Source: a virus (taxonomy: Duplodnaviria > Caudoviricetes). From it: 64,000 bases of DNA. Shown here piece by piece: positions 8,950-18,378 of this stretch. The notes beneath the pieces were generated by a model that was given only the letters and a program-made list of their open reading frames with translations, made no database searches and had not been told where the DNA came from. Each line of letters starts with the position of its first letter. The first letter of the stretch is position 1. The DNA lies in the IMG/VR virus record IMGVR_UViG_3300020460_000014, positions 1 through 64,000 of that record. One strand, given 5' to 3'. The translations under genes and the position numbers were made by a program.

Positions 8950-9534
8950 TTATCCTCTACTTTTTCTTGCCCTAATAGTAGATATTTTTACTTCTGGATA
9001 TTCTTTTTCTAAAGATTTTACTAATCTAAGATTTTCAGCATCATCATCATAAAATTGAAGATCGTTAAATCCTTGCTCTATAATTTCTCTAAATGCCTGC
9101 TTCTTTCTTTCTGCAATATCACCTTTAAAATTATGATGTTTATTATCGTTAACAGCAAATATAAGATCTCCATCAATTCTTGTTTTAAGGTGGTATCTTA
9201 ACCATCTATAAATCATATTGTGATTATCTCTTGCTGTAACTATTCCTACCGCAATTTTAAGGCGATACGCCTCTTTTAAGATTTTAAAATAATAATTAAT
9301 GAGTTTTCCAGCCTTCATAATCTCAAGACTTTGAAATTCATCAAAACTTAAAATTTGACTAGGTTTCTTTTGAAAAGTATTAAATTCTTCTGGTGTTAAA
9401 GAAAAGTCCTCTCCAGTAAGTTTATCTTTTACCCATATTCGGGCTGGAGTAACTACAATGGTATCATCTAGATCAAAAACTAAAATCTTACCATATTTAT
9501 AGGGTTTCGCTTCATTTAACTCATTCGGGCTCAT
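8950..9534 (-). CDS. HAD-superfamily phosphatase
   Basis: VFDLDDT (motif I), VTAR (motif II), FYDDD (motif IV); N-terminal ELNEAK. Confidence 0.75.
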   Translation of the reverse strand: MSPNELNEAKPYKYGKILVFDLDDTIVVTPARIWVKDKLTGEDFSLTPEEFNTFQKKPSQILSFDEFQSLEIMKAGKLINYYFKILKEAYRLKIAVGIVTARDNHNMIYRWLRYHLKTRIDGDLIFAVNDNKHHNFKGDIAERKKQAFREIIEQGFNDLQFYDDDAENLRLVKSLEKEYPEVKISTIRARKSRG

Positions 9535-9541
9535 AACTTTA

Positions 9542-9856
9542 CTATATATCTTCCTTATTCATTTTTTGTGGAAGTTCTTTTTCTATTTCTAATTTCCATA
9601 ACATGTGGTTGGGTACTACAAACTTTCTCTCATGAGGAAAAACATAAAAGGCCGTTTTCCAAATATTCTGCCTAACAATTCTTGCCTTTTTTACTCCTTT
9701 AATATAAACTATATCATCAACATCGAAATCATGACCCCAATGAAATTGAAGTCCAACAAAGAAATTTTGAATAGCATCTTTAAATGCAAATCCAAGAAAT
9801 GCCGAAACAGCAAAAACGCCCCATTCTCCAATATGGTCCAATAAGAATTCTTCCAT
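9542..9856 (-). CDS. Minimal MscS-like mechanosensitive channel protein
   Basis: LGFAFKDAIQNFFVG (TM3-like), FDVDDIV, VVPNHML beta-domain motifs. Confidence 0.6.
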   Translation of the reverse strand: MEEFLLDHIGEWGVFAVSAFLGFAFKDAIQNFFVGLQFHWGHDFDVDDIVYIKGVKKARIVRQNIWKTAFYVFPHERKFVVPNHMLWKLEIEKELPQKMNKEDI

Positions 9857-10140
9857 TATAATAGGTCTTCACCTGTGATTTTTTTCAGTTCTTCTTTTAA
9901 TTCAAATATTCTCCACTCATAATCGAAAAGTTCTTCTCTATGGATTTTACCTGCTTTAAAAGCCCGTCTAGCTGCACTATATTCTCTTTCTAGTCTTTTA
10001 ATACTTCTTCTAAGTTCTTGAACTGTTGGGTTAAAAACTTTAGGATGTTGAAAAAGATCTTCAGGATCTCTACGGCCTGATTTTGTAACTACTAAATCAA
10101 ATTCTGAAAAAAGTTCTAAAAATTTATCTATGTTGCTCAT
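9856..10140 (-). CDS. Hypothetical protein (94 aa)
   Basis: ORF track; GATATATA at 10166-10173. Confidence 0.6.
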   Translation of the reverse strand: MSNIDKFLELFSEFDLVVTKSGRRDPEDLFQHPKVFNPTVQELRRSIKRLEREYSAARRAFKAGKIHREELFDYEWRIFELKEELKKITGEDLL

Positions 10141-10162
10141 TATTAATTATTTTATCAATATT

Positions 10163-10375
10163 TTATATATATCCTGATTGTTTTTTTTCTTCATCATTTG
10201 GGTAACCTAAAAAAGCATCGCAATTTTTACATCTTTTTATTAAAGAATTATCTAATAAATCTATGCTAAATTCCTCATGGTTACATGTTTTTTGAATCTC
10301 TTCTAATTCTTTTTCTAAATCTTTTATTGATCTTTTTAAAAAATTAATTCTATTAAATATATCACTTTGCATCAA
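10163..10375 (-). CDS. Coiled-coil plus Zn-ribbon small protein
   Basis: CNH...CKNC. Confidence 0.55.
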   Translation of the reverse strand: MMQSDIFNRINFLKRSIKDLEKELEEIQKTCNHEEFSIDLLDNSLIKRCKNCDAFLGYPNDEEKKQSGYI

Positions 10376-10964
10376 TTAAATATTTCTTAAAATCTTTATG
10401 TTGCGGAGTATGGTTTGGAAAATAAAACTTCATATAAATAGTATCATTTATTATTATAGTTTTATAAAACCCTATTGGAATAGTTGCGCCTGTTTTTAAT
10501 TTTTGAAGTGTAAGATTATTAAAATCTACTTCGATAATTACAGTGACATTAAAATCAGTAGAAAGAGATCTTTCATATTCTTCTAACTGTTTCCAAACCC
10601 CTTGGTTTAATTTATAATACTGAAGTGCACAATTTAAATAGCTAAAGGTTTCTTTAATTGATTTTCTAGTACAATTTTGACTTGCTGCAGGAACCATATG
10701 ACCTTTATCCCAAACATTTTTATAATAGTCATGTTTGTCTGAAGTGTAGATACTATCATTTTTATAGAACCCTAATCCACCTCTTGATTCCCCGTTCTCT
10801 AAACAATATATTACTTCATATTTAATATAAAGTGGCTGTTCTTTTATTTCGCTATACCAGCCTTCGTAATATGTTGATTTGAAATAAACACTATCCCTTT
10901 TCTCCTGTGAGATACAAGAGAAAAAGGGTAGTAAAAATAAAAGTATGATATTAAGCCGTTTCAT
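10362..10964 (-). CDS. DNA/RNA non-specific endonuclease (NucA type), secreted or lipoprotein
   Basis: WDKGHMVPA active site, NCALQYYKLNQGVWKQLE, IPIGFYK; signal peptide ending FFSC. Confidence 0.85.
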   Translation of the reverse strand: MKRLNIILLFLLPFFSCISQEKRDSVYFKSTYYEGWYSEIKEQPLYIKYEVIYCLENGESRGGLGFYKNDSIYTSDKHDYYKNVWDKGHMVPAASQNCTRKSIKETFSYLNCALQYYKLNQGVWKQLEEYERSLSTDFNVTVIIEVDFNNLTLQKLKTGATIPIGFYKTIIINDTIYMKFYFPNHTPQHKDFKKYLIDAK

Positions 10965-11178
10965 CGTTTTGCTCTTGACCTCTAACGAGTTCTAGAGCTC
11001 TTGCGACTAAAACTGCGTCGTTAACAGTTAAAACCCCAGCCTTTTGAGCTAATTGAGAAGCTTGAGCTAAAACACCTACTGCACCAGTTAAATCCATGTT
11101 AGCAGCTTGTGTAAAAGGGGAAACTATTGTATTTTCAGTTTGATTTGTTGTTTTTGTAGTTTTAGTAGTTTGTTCCAT
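10951..11178 (-). CDS. Hypothetical protein (75 aa)
   Basis: ORF track. Confidence 0.55.
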   Translation of the reverse strand: MEQTTKTTKTTNQTENTIVSPFTQAANMDLTGAVGVLAQASQLAQKAGVLTVNDAVLVARALELVRGQEQNDETA

Positions 11179-11224
11179 TTTTAATAATTTTATTGTAATT
11201 TATATAAAGAATATTTTGTTTGTT

Positions 11225-12115
11225 TCAAAGTGACTTAATCATTTCGATTAATTCTGGTTGAGGAAATACATCGCTCTTATCCTTTCTAACATTTGTATGA
11301 CTTATAAGTCCTCTTACCTTTCCATCATATATGTTCTTATTCCATCCAAAGGCATCTTGACCTTCTATTAACATTGATTTTAAACCATGATTTAAAGAAA
11401 TACTGTGTTTTTTAGATATAAATTTTAAAAGAGCTTCAAGAGATTTTAACTGTTCATCTGTATATTTTTGAAATGCTTTATAACCTCTAAAAGAATTTTT
11501 TAATTCGCATACTTGACTTTTATGAACTTCTTCATTAAACCAAGTGTACCATTTTCCGTTTTTCTTTTTTAATCCTCCAGCACTACAAATTTCAATACTT
11601 ATTGCCTGCTCTTTCATTTTATAACTTCCTCCTGCTCCAATATGCCATCCAAAATATTCATCATCGATAGCCCTTAAAACTTTACCGTCATATCTTTTAT
11701 CTTCACCATTAGATGAAATTCCACCAATTACATAATTCGTTCCGACTCTTCCTCTTGCGTCTTTATTCCAATGATCTATAACTCTATAAGGATTGTGTCT
11801 TCCTGCGGTATGGTGGATCATTATATATTTTTTAGGAGTTTCTTTTTTAATATATTGATTTTCGCTTAAATGGTATCTTTCAATCCAATTTTCATATTTT
11901 TGTCTATCTGTATCAAGATTTTCCTCTTCTGGACTAAATCCTAATCTTTTCCAAGTTAATGGTCCAACAACTCCATCTTGTGTTAATCCACTTCTTTTTT
12001 GAAAACTAATTACTGCTCGTTTAGTTTTTGGGCCAAACGTTCCATCTTCTTTTAAATTCAAAAAACTTTGTAAAACTTTTACAAGTTCTCCTGTACTTCC
12101 TATCTTTAATACCAT
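11225..12115 (-). CDS. Endolysin: peptidoglycan-binding domain plus N-acetylmuramoyl-L-alanine amidase
   Basis: DGTFGPKT...DGVVGPLTW PG-binding repeat; IHHTAG and SHTNVRKDKSD amidase_2 motifs. Confidence 0.88.
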   Translation of the reverse strand: MVLKIGSTGELVKVLQSFLNLKEDGTFGPKTKRAVISFQKRSGLTQDGVVGPLTWKRLGFSPEEENLDTDRQKYENWIERYHLSENQYIKKETPKKYIMIHHTAGRHNPYRVIDHWNKDARGRVGTNYVIGGISSNGEDKRYDGKVLRAIDDEYFGWHIGAGGSYKMKEQAISIEICSAGGLKKKNGKWYTWFNEEVHKSQVCELKNSFRGYKAFQKYTDEQLKSLEALLKFISKKHSISLNHGLKSMLIEGQDAFGWNKNIYDGKVRGLISHTNVRKDKSDVFPQPELIEMIKSL

Positions 12116-12116
12116 T

Positions 12117-12545
12117 TTAAACTAAATCTTTTTCTAAGAATTTCCTTAGATTTGTTATTACTTTATATATTTCTTTTTTATTCTTTGTAATATGTTCAAA
12201 CTCCCATTCTTTTTCATAGTCCTTTTCTCTATAAAGAACTGCCTTTATTTTATAACTTGGATTTATATCTAAAAGCGCTCCGAATTTCTTTTCTTTTTCT
12301 AGCTGCTTTCTAGCCTCTCCATAAAACGCAAAATTAGGTTGAACTTTTGCTGTTAAAAAATATCCGGAATGTGGAGGTGTTTCCATAAAATAATAATCTG
12401 GTCTAACCTCGTTTTTTATCATATATAATTTCTTAACAACTACTATATTTGTAGTTTCTTTTCTACAAATATCAAATGTGGTTTCTTCAAGTGATTTTCC
12501 TATATAAAAACTAGGTAGATCAAACTCAAGATTCTGTATCTTCAT
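12117..12545 (-). CDS. Hypothetical protein (142 aa)
   Basis: ORF track. Confidence 0.55.
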   Translation of the reverse strand: MKIQNLEFDLPSFYIGKSLEETTFDICRKETTNIVVVKKLYMIKNEVRPDYYFMETPPHSGYFLTAKVQPNFAFYGEARKQLEKEKKFGALLDINPSYKIKAVLYREKDYEKEWEFEHITKNKKEIYKVITNLRKFLEKDLV

Positions 12546-13248
12546 TTTCTTCTGAATTTAAAAAACTATCCCTTTTCTTCTTTTCATTCTCTTTTGTTGC
12601 AATATCTAAAAGATCCTCTCCTTCTTCATCGTACCAAGGTGGACCTTCATCTTCCCAATCTTCATCAAACCCACTCTCTTCTTCTATTTCTTTTTTCCAA
12701 GCTAACATTTCTTCATTTAACTCTTCATCTTCTGCATCTATTTCTTCAGCCTGTTTTATAGATTCTTCTAAATGTTCTTTATTCTTTTTACTTGATAATA
12801 ATTGTTCAGTTTCTTCTGGTTTAATATAATCTACTAATGATTTAATAAATCCTAAGGCAACCAATGGAAGAATTGCACCACTTACTGCGGCAAGAACTCT
12901 TTTTTGAAATAAAAGATCTTCGTCTATAAGGTCAAAAAGTTGAGACCACATCTCGAATCCTTCAAGATTTTTAAATGCATAATACATATTTCCTTGCATT
13001 TGCATAAGTGTTATTGTAATAAAAAGGGCCCATACTAGGGTTTTATTCATTTTGTCAAGAATGACTAATGAGGCTAAAGAGGCTGCTGCTCCAACTTCAA
13101 ATGCAATCGCTAATGTAATAGCAAGAGCTCGACTATTTGATAATTCAAAAAAGTCTACAACGTGAATTGTAGAAATTATTGAAACTAATAAATAGAGTGT
13201 AACAAAGGTCATGATCACAGCAGACCTTACAATCTTAGATTTATCCAT
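12526..13248 (-). CDS. Multi-pass membrane protein with acidic tail (holin/spanin candidate)
   Basis: About 4 hydrophobic helices; upstream of the endolysin. Confidence 0.5.
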   Translation of the reverse strand: MDKSKIVRSAVIMTFVTLYLLVSIISTIHVVDFFELSNSRALAITLAIAFEVGAAASLASLVILDKMNKTLVWALFITITLMQMQGNMYYAFKNLEGFEMWSQLFDLIDEDLLFQKRVLAAVSGAILPLVALGFIKSLVDYIKPEETEQLLSSKKNKEHLEESIKQAEEIDAEDEELNEEMLAWKKEIEEESGFDEDWEDEGPPWYDEEGEDLLDIATKENEKKKRDSFLNSEENEDTES

Positions 13249-13250
13249 AA

Positions 13251-13553
13251 TTAGTTTTCTTCTTTATTCTTAAACGAATTTATAGGAATTCTATTTTTAT
13301 CGCTTAATTCCTCTATTTCTAGAGTTCTCCATGCTGGTGTATTCTTAATGATTTCAATCATTTCAGCACCGTCAATTACTTTATAATCTATTAACTTTTT
13401 AAGTGTATCTGTTTTTTGTTGAACTATTTCTATTTTAGCATCTGCTTTATCAAGCGCTCTATCTGTAGAACATGTTTTAAAATAAATTAAAATACAAAGT
13501 CCTGCAATTACCTTTGTTCCGTGACTTTCAAAAAAACTATCAAATTTGCCCAT
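13251..13553 (-). CDS. Membrane-anchored protein (spanin candidate)
   Basis: N-terminal TM VIAGLCILIYFKTC followed by coiled coil; in the lysis cassette. Confidence 0.45.
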   Translation of the reverse strand: MGKFDSFFESHGTKVIAGLCILIYFKTCSTDRALDKADAKIEIVQQKTDTLKKLIDYKVIDGAEMIEIIKNTPAWRTLEIEELSDKNRIPINSFKNKEEN

Positions 13554-13588
13554 CTTTAAATTTTATTATTTATTTATTTTTATATATC

Positions 13589-14344
13589 TTAATACCCTAA
13601 TTTATTTTTAAAAGCCTTTCGGATTTCCATAAAACTTTTATAATAATTAGCAAGATCTCCCTTTGTTAAAGAAAAGCACTGTGGCATCATATCCACCTCA
13701 TTTGCTATCCATATTTCTGCACCATCACATCTTAAACCAGTTCTGTCCCAATAGGCGACCCAATAGGCTGCAGTTTGTCGAAAATAGTCTTGAATCCATT
13801 CTATTCTTTTTGGTTTTCTACTATTTTTATAATCTATAATAATGGTTCTACCATCTTTTAATTTTGAAACGTTATCGAGTGTTCCAGCGTATTCTCCTCC
13901 TTTAATAGTCCATAAGAATCTTTCAGCATCTATAACTTCTTCTACTCTACCAAAAAATCTACTATTATTATACCAAAATTTATCAAACATCTTCCAACCT
14001 TCATTATAATAAAGTTGTCCGTTTTCCATGTGCCTAATTTCATTTATTTCAGCATCATGATCCACCATTTCTTCTAACTGCTCTCTTTTCTCCATTTCAG
14101 TACCTTGCAATGGCTTATATAATTCAATAAGTCTATGCATAAGAGTTCCTCTATTCATTGAAAGCTGGCTAATTCGTTTAGCCTCTTCCTCTCCAACTTT
14201 TTGTTTCCATTTTTCTAGTCCGGACTTATCAGACATTTCTCCCATTACTGTAGTAACAGAAGGAAGTGTTGCTATTATTTCATCGCCCTTAGAAACCTGG
14301 TAAAATCGCCTTCCATTCTGATAAACTCTTTTAACTTCTTCCAT
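13589..14344 (-). CDS. PD-(D/E)XK exonuclease (Cas4/lambda-exo-like)
   Basis: LPSVTTV, AGTLD, IIDYK, QTAAYW motifs. Confidence 0.82.
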   Translation of the reverse strand: MEEVKRVYQNGRRFYQVSKGDEIIATLPSVTTVMGEMSDKSGLEKWKQKVGEEEAKRISQLSMNRGTLMHRLIELYKPLQGTEMEKREQLEEMVDHDAEINEIRHMENGQLYYNEGWKMFDKFWYNNSRFFGRVEEVIDAERFLWTIKGGEYAGTLDNVSKLKDGRTIIIDYKNSRKPKRIEWIQDYFRQTAAYWVAYWDRTGLRCDGAEIWIANEVDMMPQCFSLTKGDLANYYKSFMEIRKAFKNKLGY

Positions 14345-14345
14345 T

Positions 14346-14834
14346 TTATAATAAGTTTGCTATAAAAGAAAAAAGATCTCCAACAATATTGTATACTATT
14401 AAAAATCTAATTAAAAGATATACTAAAAAGAAATAAGCTGAACTGTATAAGAAATGGCCTAAAATATTCAATAAATTTAGTCTATCTAAAACTGGCCAAA
14501 ATATAACTAAATAGGCTCCAGTCCCTGGAATAGGTTCTATCATTGGATAAACAATATCTGCCAGATTTAATTCTCTCATTACACTACCATATTGGCCTAA
14601 TTGTTTTAAGACATAGGCCTGCTGAACCTCTTCAGCAGCGCCTAATACCTCATCAGGAATATTTACAACCCCATAAACCCTTCCTATCCAATCTACTCTT
14701 AAATCTTGTTCTTGTAATTTATCTCTAGATTTTTTTGCAGTATGTTGGAATATAAGCCATAATCTCATTTCCATTAAAAAATGATACCAATATGTAAAAG
14801 GGCGGGTGAGCCAATCCAATATGACTTTCATCAT
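14346..14834 (-). CDS. Membrane protein (162 aa)
   Basis: C-terminal hydrophobic helices. Confidence 0.55.
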   Translation of the reverse strand: MMKVILDWLTRPFTYWYHFLMEMRLWLIFQHTAKKSRDKLQEQDLRVDWIGRVYGVVNIPDEVLGAAEEVQQAYVLKQLGQYGSVMRELNLADIVYPMIEPIPGTGAYLVIFWPVLDRLNLLNILGHFLYSSAYFFLVYLLIRFLIVYNIVGDLFSFIANLL

Positions 14835-14840
14835 TTCTAG

Positions 14841-15020
14841 CTATTTCGATTTATTAGCCTCAGATACAGCAACTCTAACATCTTGTGCTAAAGTTTTAAT
14901 GGTTTGCATACTCTTTCTAACTCGAGTTCCTGCGGATTTTACTCCTTTTTCATTAAACTTAGTAGCATCTTCTTGGATTGCTTCTAAGGTTTCTCTCATT
15001 TGATCTATTAATTCTTGCAT
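14841..15020 (-). CDS. Bacteroidota histone H1-like (Hc1-family) protein, 59 aa
   Basis: Hand translation MQELIDQMRETLEAIQEDATKFNEKGVKSAGTRVRKSMQTIKTLAQDVRVAVSE; EKGxKxAGTRxRK motif. Not in the ORF track. Confidence 0.75.
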   Translation of the reverse strand: MQELIDQMRETLEAIQEDATKFNEKGVKSAGTRVRKSMQTIKTLAQDVRVAVSEANKSK

Positions 15021-15066
15021 AATTTAAAATTTAAGTATTATATATGTAATTAAAAAAATGTTTCAA

Positions 15067-15210
15067 CTATTTGCTTTGATTTAACAAAGATCTTAATTCT
15101 TTTATTCTATCAAATATTATTCTTGTTAATTCTTGAAAATCTGCTGTAGGATTTTTAAGAACGTGGAATTCTAATTCGTTTAATCTAGCCTTTATTTCAT
15201 CATGCGTCAT
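15067..15210 (-). CDS. Small hypothetical protein (47 aa)
   Basis: Hand translation MTHDEIKARLNELEFHVLKNPTADFQELTRIIFDRIKELRSLL; GATAAATA upstream. Confidence 0.5.
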   Translation of the reverse strand: MTHDEIKARLNELEFHVLKNPTADFQELTRIIFDRIKELRSLLNQSK

Positions 15211-15245
15211 GCATTATTTATCTAATAATTTTAGCACTTTTTAAG

Positions 15246-15713
<468 letters not shown>

Positions 15714-15714
<1 letters not shown>

Positions 15715-16001
15715 TACTTTGATAGGGCTTCTGATACCATGTTCTTAATAGACTGTGCTAAACTTTCTGAAAGTCTTGACATAGCCTCCTCTTCGGTATC
15801 ACATTGATAAAATCTATAGCCTGCGTAGCTATTTATAACTTGGCTAATTTCTAATCCTTTTTCAAAACCTTCCGTTTTTATAGCTAAAAACTCATCGCCG
15901 TCTTCATTCACTGCTAAAAAGATATTAATATCTGGATTTTCTAATTCATTAGATATTTTTTCTAATAAAACATCTAAAATATGTTTCGGTTCTTCTGCCA
16001 T
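15714..16001 (-). CDS. Hypothetical protein (95 aa)
   Basis: ORF track. Confidence 0.55.
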
Positions 16002-16015
16002 TTTTATAATTTTAT

Positions 16016-16243
16016 TTATATATCAAGCGTAATATTATATATCCTTTCGACTTTTTGTTTAGTCATTAATTTAGAATTTCCTACGTTATATTCATAAGCA
16101 TCTTCAGAAACTACAATATATTTATTATCAAATCCTGTTTTAATAACATAAATTAATTCTGGATTCTCTCCTAATTGATACCTCCGAACATTACTACAAG
16201 GAACTTCTTTCCATTTATTATATCCTTTAATACTCTTCTCCAT
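16016..16243 (-). CDS. Hypothetical protein (75 aa)
   Basis: ORF track. Confidence 0.55.
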   Translation of the reverse strand: MEKSIKGYNKWKEVPCSNVRRYQLGENPELIYVIKTGFDNKYIVVSEDAYEYNVGNSKLMTKQKVERIYNITLDI

Positions 16244-16436
16244 AGAGACCGTTCTTTATATCTTTTTCTAATTGAATATCTTCAATATCATTTTCTTCTT
16301 CTTCAACAACTTCCCAAGTTAAAAAATCTCTATTTCTTTGATATTGGTCCATTGACCAACTTAAATTTGGAGTATTAAATTCTATAATCTCTGTTTCTCC
16401 ATTAACGTATGTTACGTGTACCTTATAATTTTCCAT
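16227..16436 (-). CDS. Hypothetical protein (probable start MENYKV)
   Basis: ORF track 16227..16472; the internal ATG at 16436 avoids a long overlap. Confidence 0.5.
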   Translation of the reverse strand: MENYKVHVTYVNGETEIIEFNTPNLSWSMDQYQRNRDFLTWEVVEEEENDIEDIQLEKDIKNGLYGEEY

Positions 16437-16614
16437 TGCAGTATGTTTTATAAATTTCATTAATTTTTTCATCGCTCAACGTATCTAAATACGCCTTATC
16501 TAAACCTATTTTATTCTTATCAAAATGATCATAAATCTCTGATAATTTTAAAGCCCTGATGTTTAATCTATTTAATAATTCAACATCACTTTCTGTAAAG
16601 TTTTCTTTGTTCAT
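16423..16614 (-). CDS. Hypothetical protein (63 aa)
   Basis: ORF track. Confidence 0.5.
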   Translation of the reverse strand: MNKENFTESDVELLNRLNIRALKLSEIYDHFDKNKIGLDKAYLDTLSDEKINEIYKTYCNGKL

Positions 16615-16624
16615 TTTTTTAATT

Positions 16625-17221
16625 TTATAGCGTTTCAGCGATTAACATTTTACCTCTACGAATACGATTCTTTACAGTTTGAAGATTTACTCCATATTTT
16701 TCTGCGATATCTTCGTATTTCATATTATTTAATAATCTATCTTCAATAATACCTTTATACATTGGCTTAAGATCTTTAATGGACCTAAGAGCAGTTTCAT
16801 ATTGATTCATGATGTAGTTATCTTCCTCAATAAAGTCGTCTTCTGTTTTTAATTCTATATCCATTAAAAGTCCAGCTGCTGTAGCATTAGCAACTCTACC
16901 TTCACTGATTTGAAGACCGTTTTCTCTTAAATAATCAAGTGAAGATTTTTTATTTCTATCTTTAATTGCGTGTAAAGATTCGTTGAAAGCAATCTTATAG
17001 AGCCAAGTTGTAATTTGATACTTAGGATCATATTGATCAATTTTAGTCCATAACTTGACCAATACATTAGATAAAATATCATCTGCCATTTCGCCGTCTT
17101 TTACCATTTTAAAAATGTAACTTTTAAGACCTGGCTTAACTCTGAGATACAATTTATTATAATCAGATTCTGAACGGGTTTTTAAGAAATTTTCTGCAAG
17201 TTCTCTATAAGATGTTTTCAT
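16625..17221 (-). CDS. ECF-type RNA polymerase sigma factor
   Basis: Region 2 (ADDILSNVLVKLW, TWLYKIAFN) and region 4 HTH (KYEDIAEKYGVNLQTVKNRIRRG). Confidence 0.88.
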   Translation of the reverse strand: MKTSYRELAENFLKTRSESDYNKLYLRVKPGLKSYIFKMVKDGEMADDILSNVLVKLWTKIDQYDPKYQITTWLYKIAFNESLHAIKDRNKKSSLDYLRENGLQISEGRVANATAAGLLMDIELKTEDDFIEEDNYIMNQYETALRSIKDLKPMYKGIIEDRLLNNMKYEDIAEKYGVNLQTVKNRIRRGKMLIAETL

Positions 17222-17241
17222 AAGCTTTTATTTTTTTTTAA

Positions 17242-17311
17242 TTATAATATAAATATAAACAAAATCCTTGATATAAAAAAATCCGGTGCAAAGTTTTTTT
17301 TAAAAAAGTTA
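17242..17311 (-). promoter_or_regulatory. Repeated early promoter, copy 4 (upstream of sigma gene)
   Basis: ttataatataaatataaacaaaatccttgatataaaaaaatccggtgc core. Confidence 0.75.
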
Positions 17312-17842
17312 ACTTTTTTCTATTTCACCTATTAAACCTATAATAGAAGCTATATTCTGTGGTTTAAAATTACATTGATCAACCGAGCAGTTTATTCTTT
17401 TATTTTTAGGATTTGTTTTATATTTTCTATTTGGATATCCAACTATATTGTAATATCCTTTGTTTTTGTTTTGCCATTCTTGTAATGGCCAATATGACAA
17501 AATAGAATTAATTTCTTGCTGAGCATGCAAATCTGAACATATTTTTACTCTATTTTGTAAATTATTTTTAGATTTTAAATCTATTAAACATTCATCATTT
17601 TCAGCTAAAATAAAATAAATTGTTTTGCCTTTTAACGCTAAAAGTGAATCGTATGCTGTTTTAGGATCCCATGCAAAATTACCAAGATGATAAACGATAT
17701 CGTTTGGTCCAACAACTTCGTTCCAGTTTTGGATAAGTTGTTTTGTCATTTGATCCACACTAGAAAACGGCCTTTTCCATTTTCCAATGGCAGAAGGCCT
17801 GCCTAGTTGCATATTACTTGTAATAAATATCTTCCTTTCCAT
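17309..17842 (-). CDS. Calcineurin-like metallophosphoesterase homologue with metal ligands replaced
   Basis: Scaffold (RPF, LIQNWNEVV, VYHLG) is intact, but SNMQLG, HLGNF, AENDE and VGYPN stand in place of SDxHFG, HLGDF, GNHD and HGHxH. Confidence 0.75.
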   Translation of the reverse strand: MERKIFITSNMQLGRPSAIGKWKRPFSSVDQMTKQLIQNWNEVVGPNDIVYHLGNFAWDPKTAYDSLLALKGKTIYFILAENDECLIDLKSKNNLQNRVKICSDLHAQQEINSILSYWPLQEWQNKNKGYYNIVGYPNRKYKTNPKNKRINCSVDQCNFKPQNIASIIGLIGEIEKS

Positions 17843-18378
17843 TAAACTACTATAAATTTAATATTGTACCTATTCCAAAGGTCTTCTACTAATTTATCTT
17901 CTTTAATACTTTTACTACAATTTTTAATTTTACCATCACGGCTTATATCTATGAAAAGATATAATACAAAGTCATAATTTGTTGAATAAATAAGAGATTG
18001 TCCTAAACCTGATCTTAAACTTCCTCCACTCTCTCCTCTTTTAAACTCAATTGCAATATTTAGTCCATTCATTTCTAAAACCATATCTGGCCTATTCATT
18101 GTTCCCATAAAAAGGGTATGATGGACTGTTGTGTTTACATTGCCTTCCCATTTAAGATTCTTTTTTACAAATTCTCTAGCCTTTACTTTATCTCCACCTT
18201 TTCTTTCGTGAATATAATTTGTTAGAGCATCTACAATGTAAGGATATGTAAATTGCTTAATTTGTTCCTCTGACTGATTTTTATAATTAATTGTATTAAA
18301 AATCTCTTCATGGGTTAAAGCCTCAGAAACTATATCTAATAATTCTAACCTAACTTTGCTTTTAGTTGCCTGTTTCAT
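17842..18378 (-). CDS. PD-(D/E)XK restriction-endonuclease-like protein
   Basis: RPDMVL...IAIEFK, followed by LGQSLIY. Confidence 0.6.
   Translation of the reverse strand: MKQATKSKVRLELLDIVSEALTHEEIFNTINYKNQSEEQIKQFTYPYIVDALTNYIHERKGGDKVKAREFVKKNLKWEGNVNTTVHHTLFMGTMNRPDMVLEMNGLNIAIEFKRGESGGSLRSGLGQSLIYSTNYDFVLYLFIDISRDGKIKNCSKSIKEDKLVEDLWNRYNIKFIVV

Noticed and set aside
13589-14344. Cas4 implying a CRISPR system
   Set aside because: No Fe-S cysteines, other cas genes or array; it fits the common T4-like PD-(D/E)XK exonuclease
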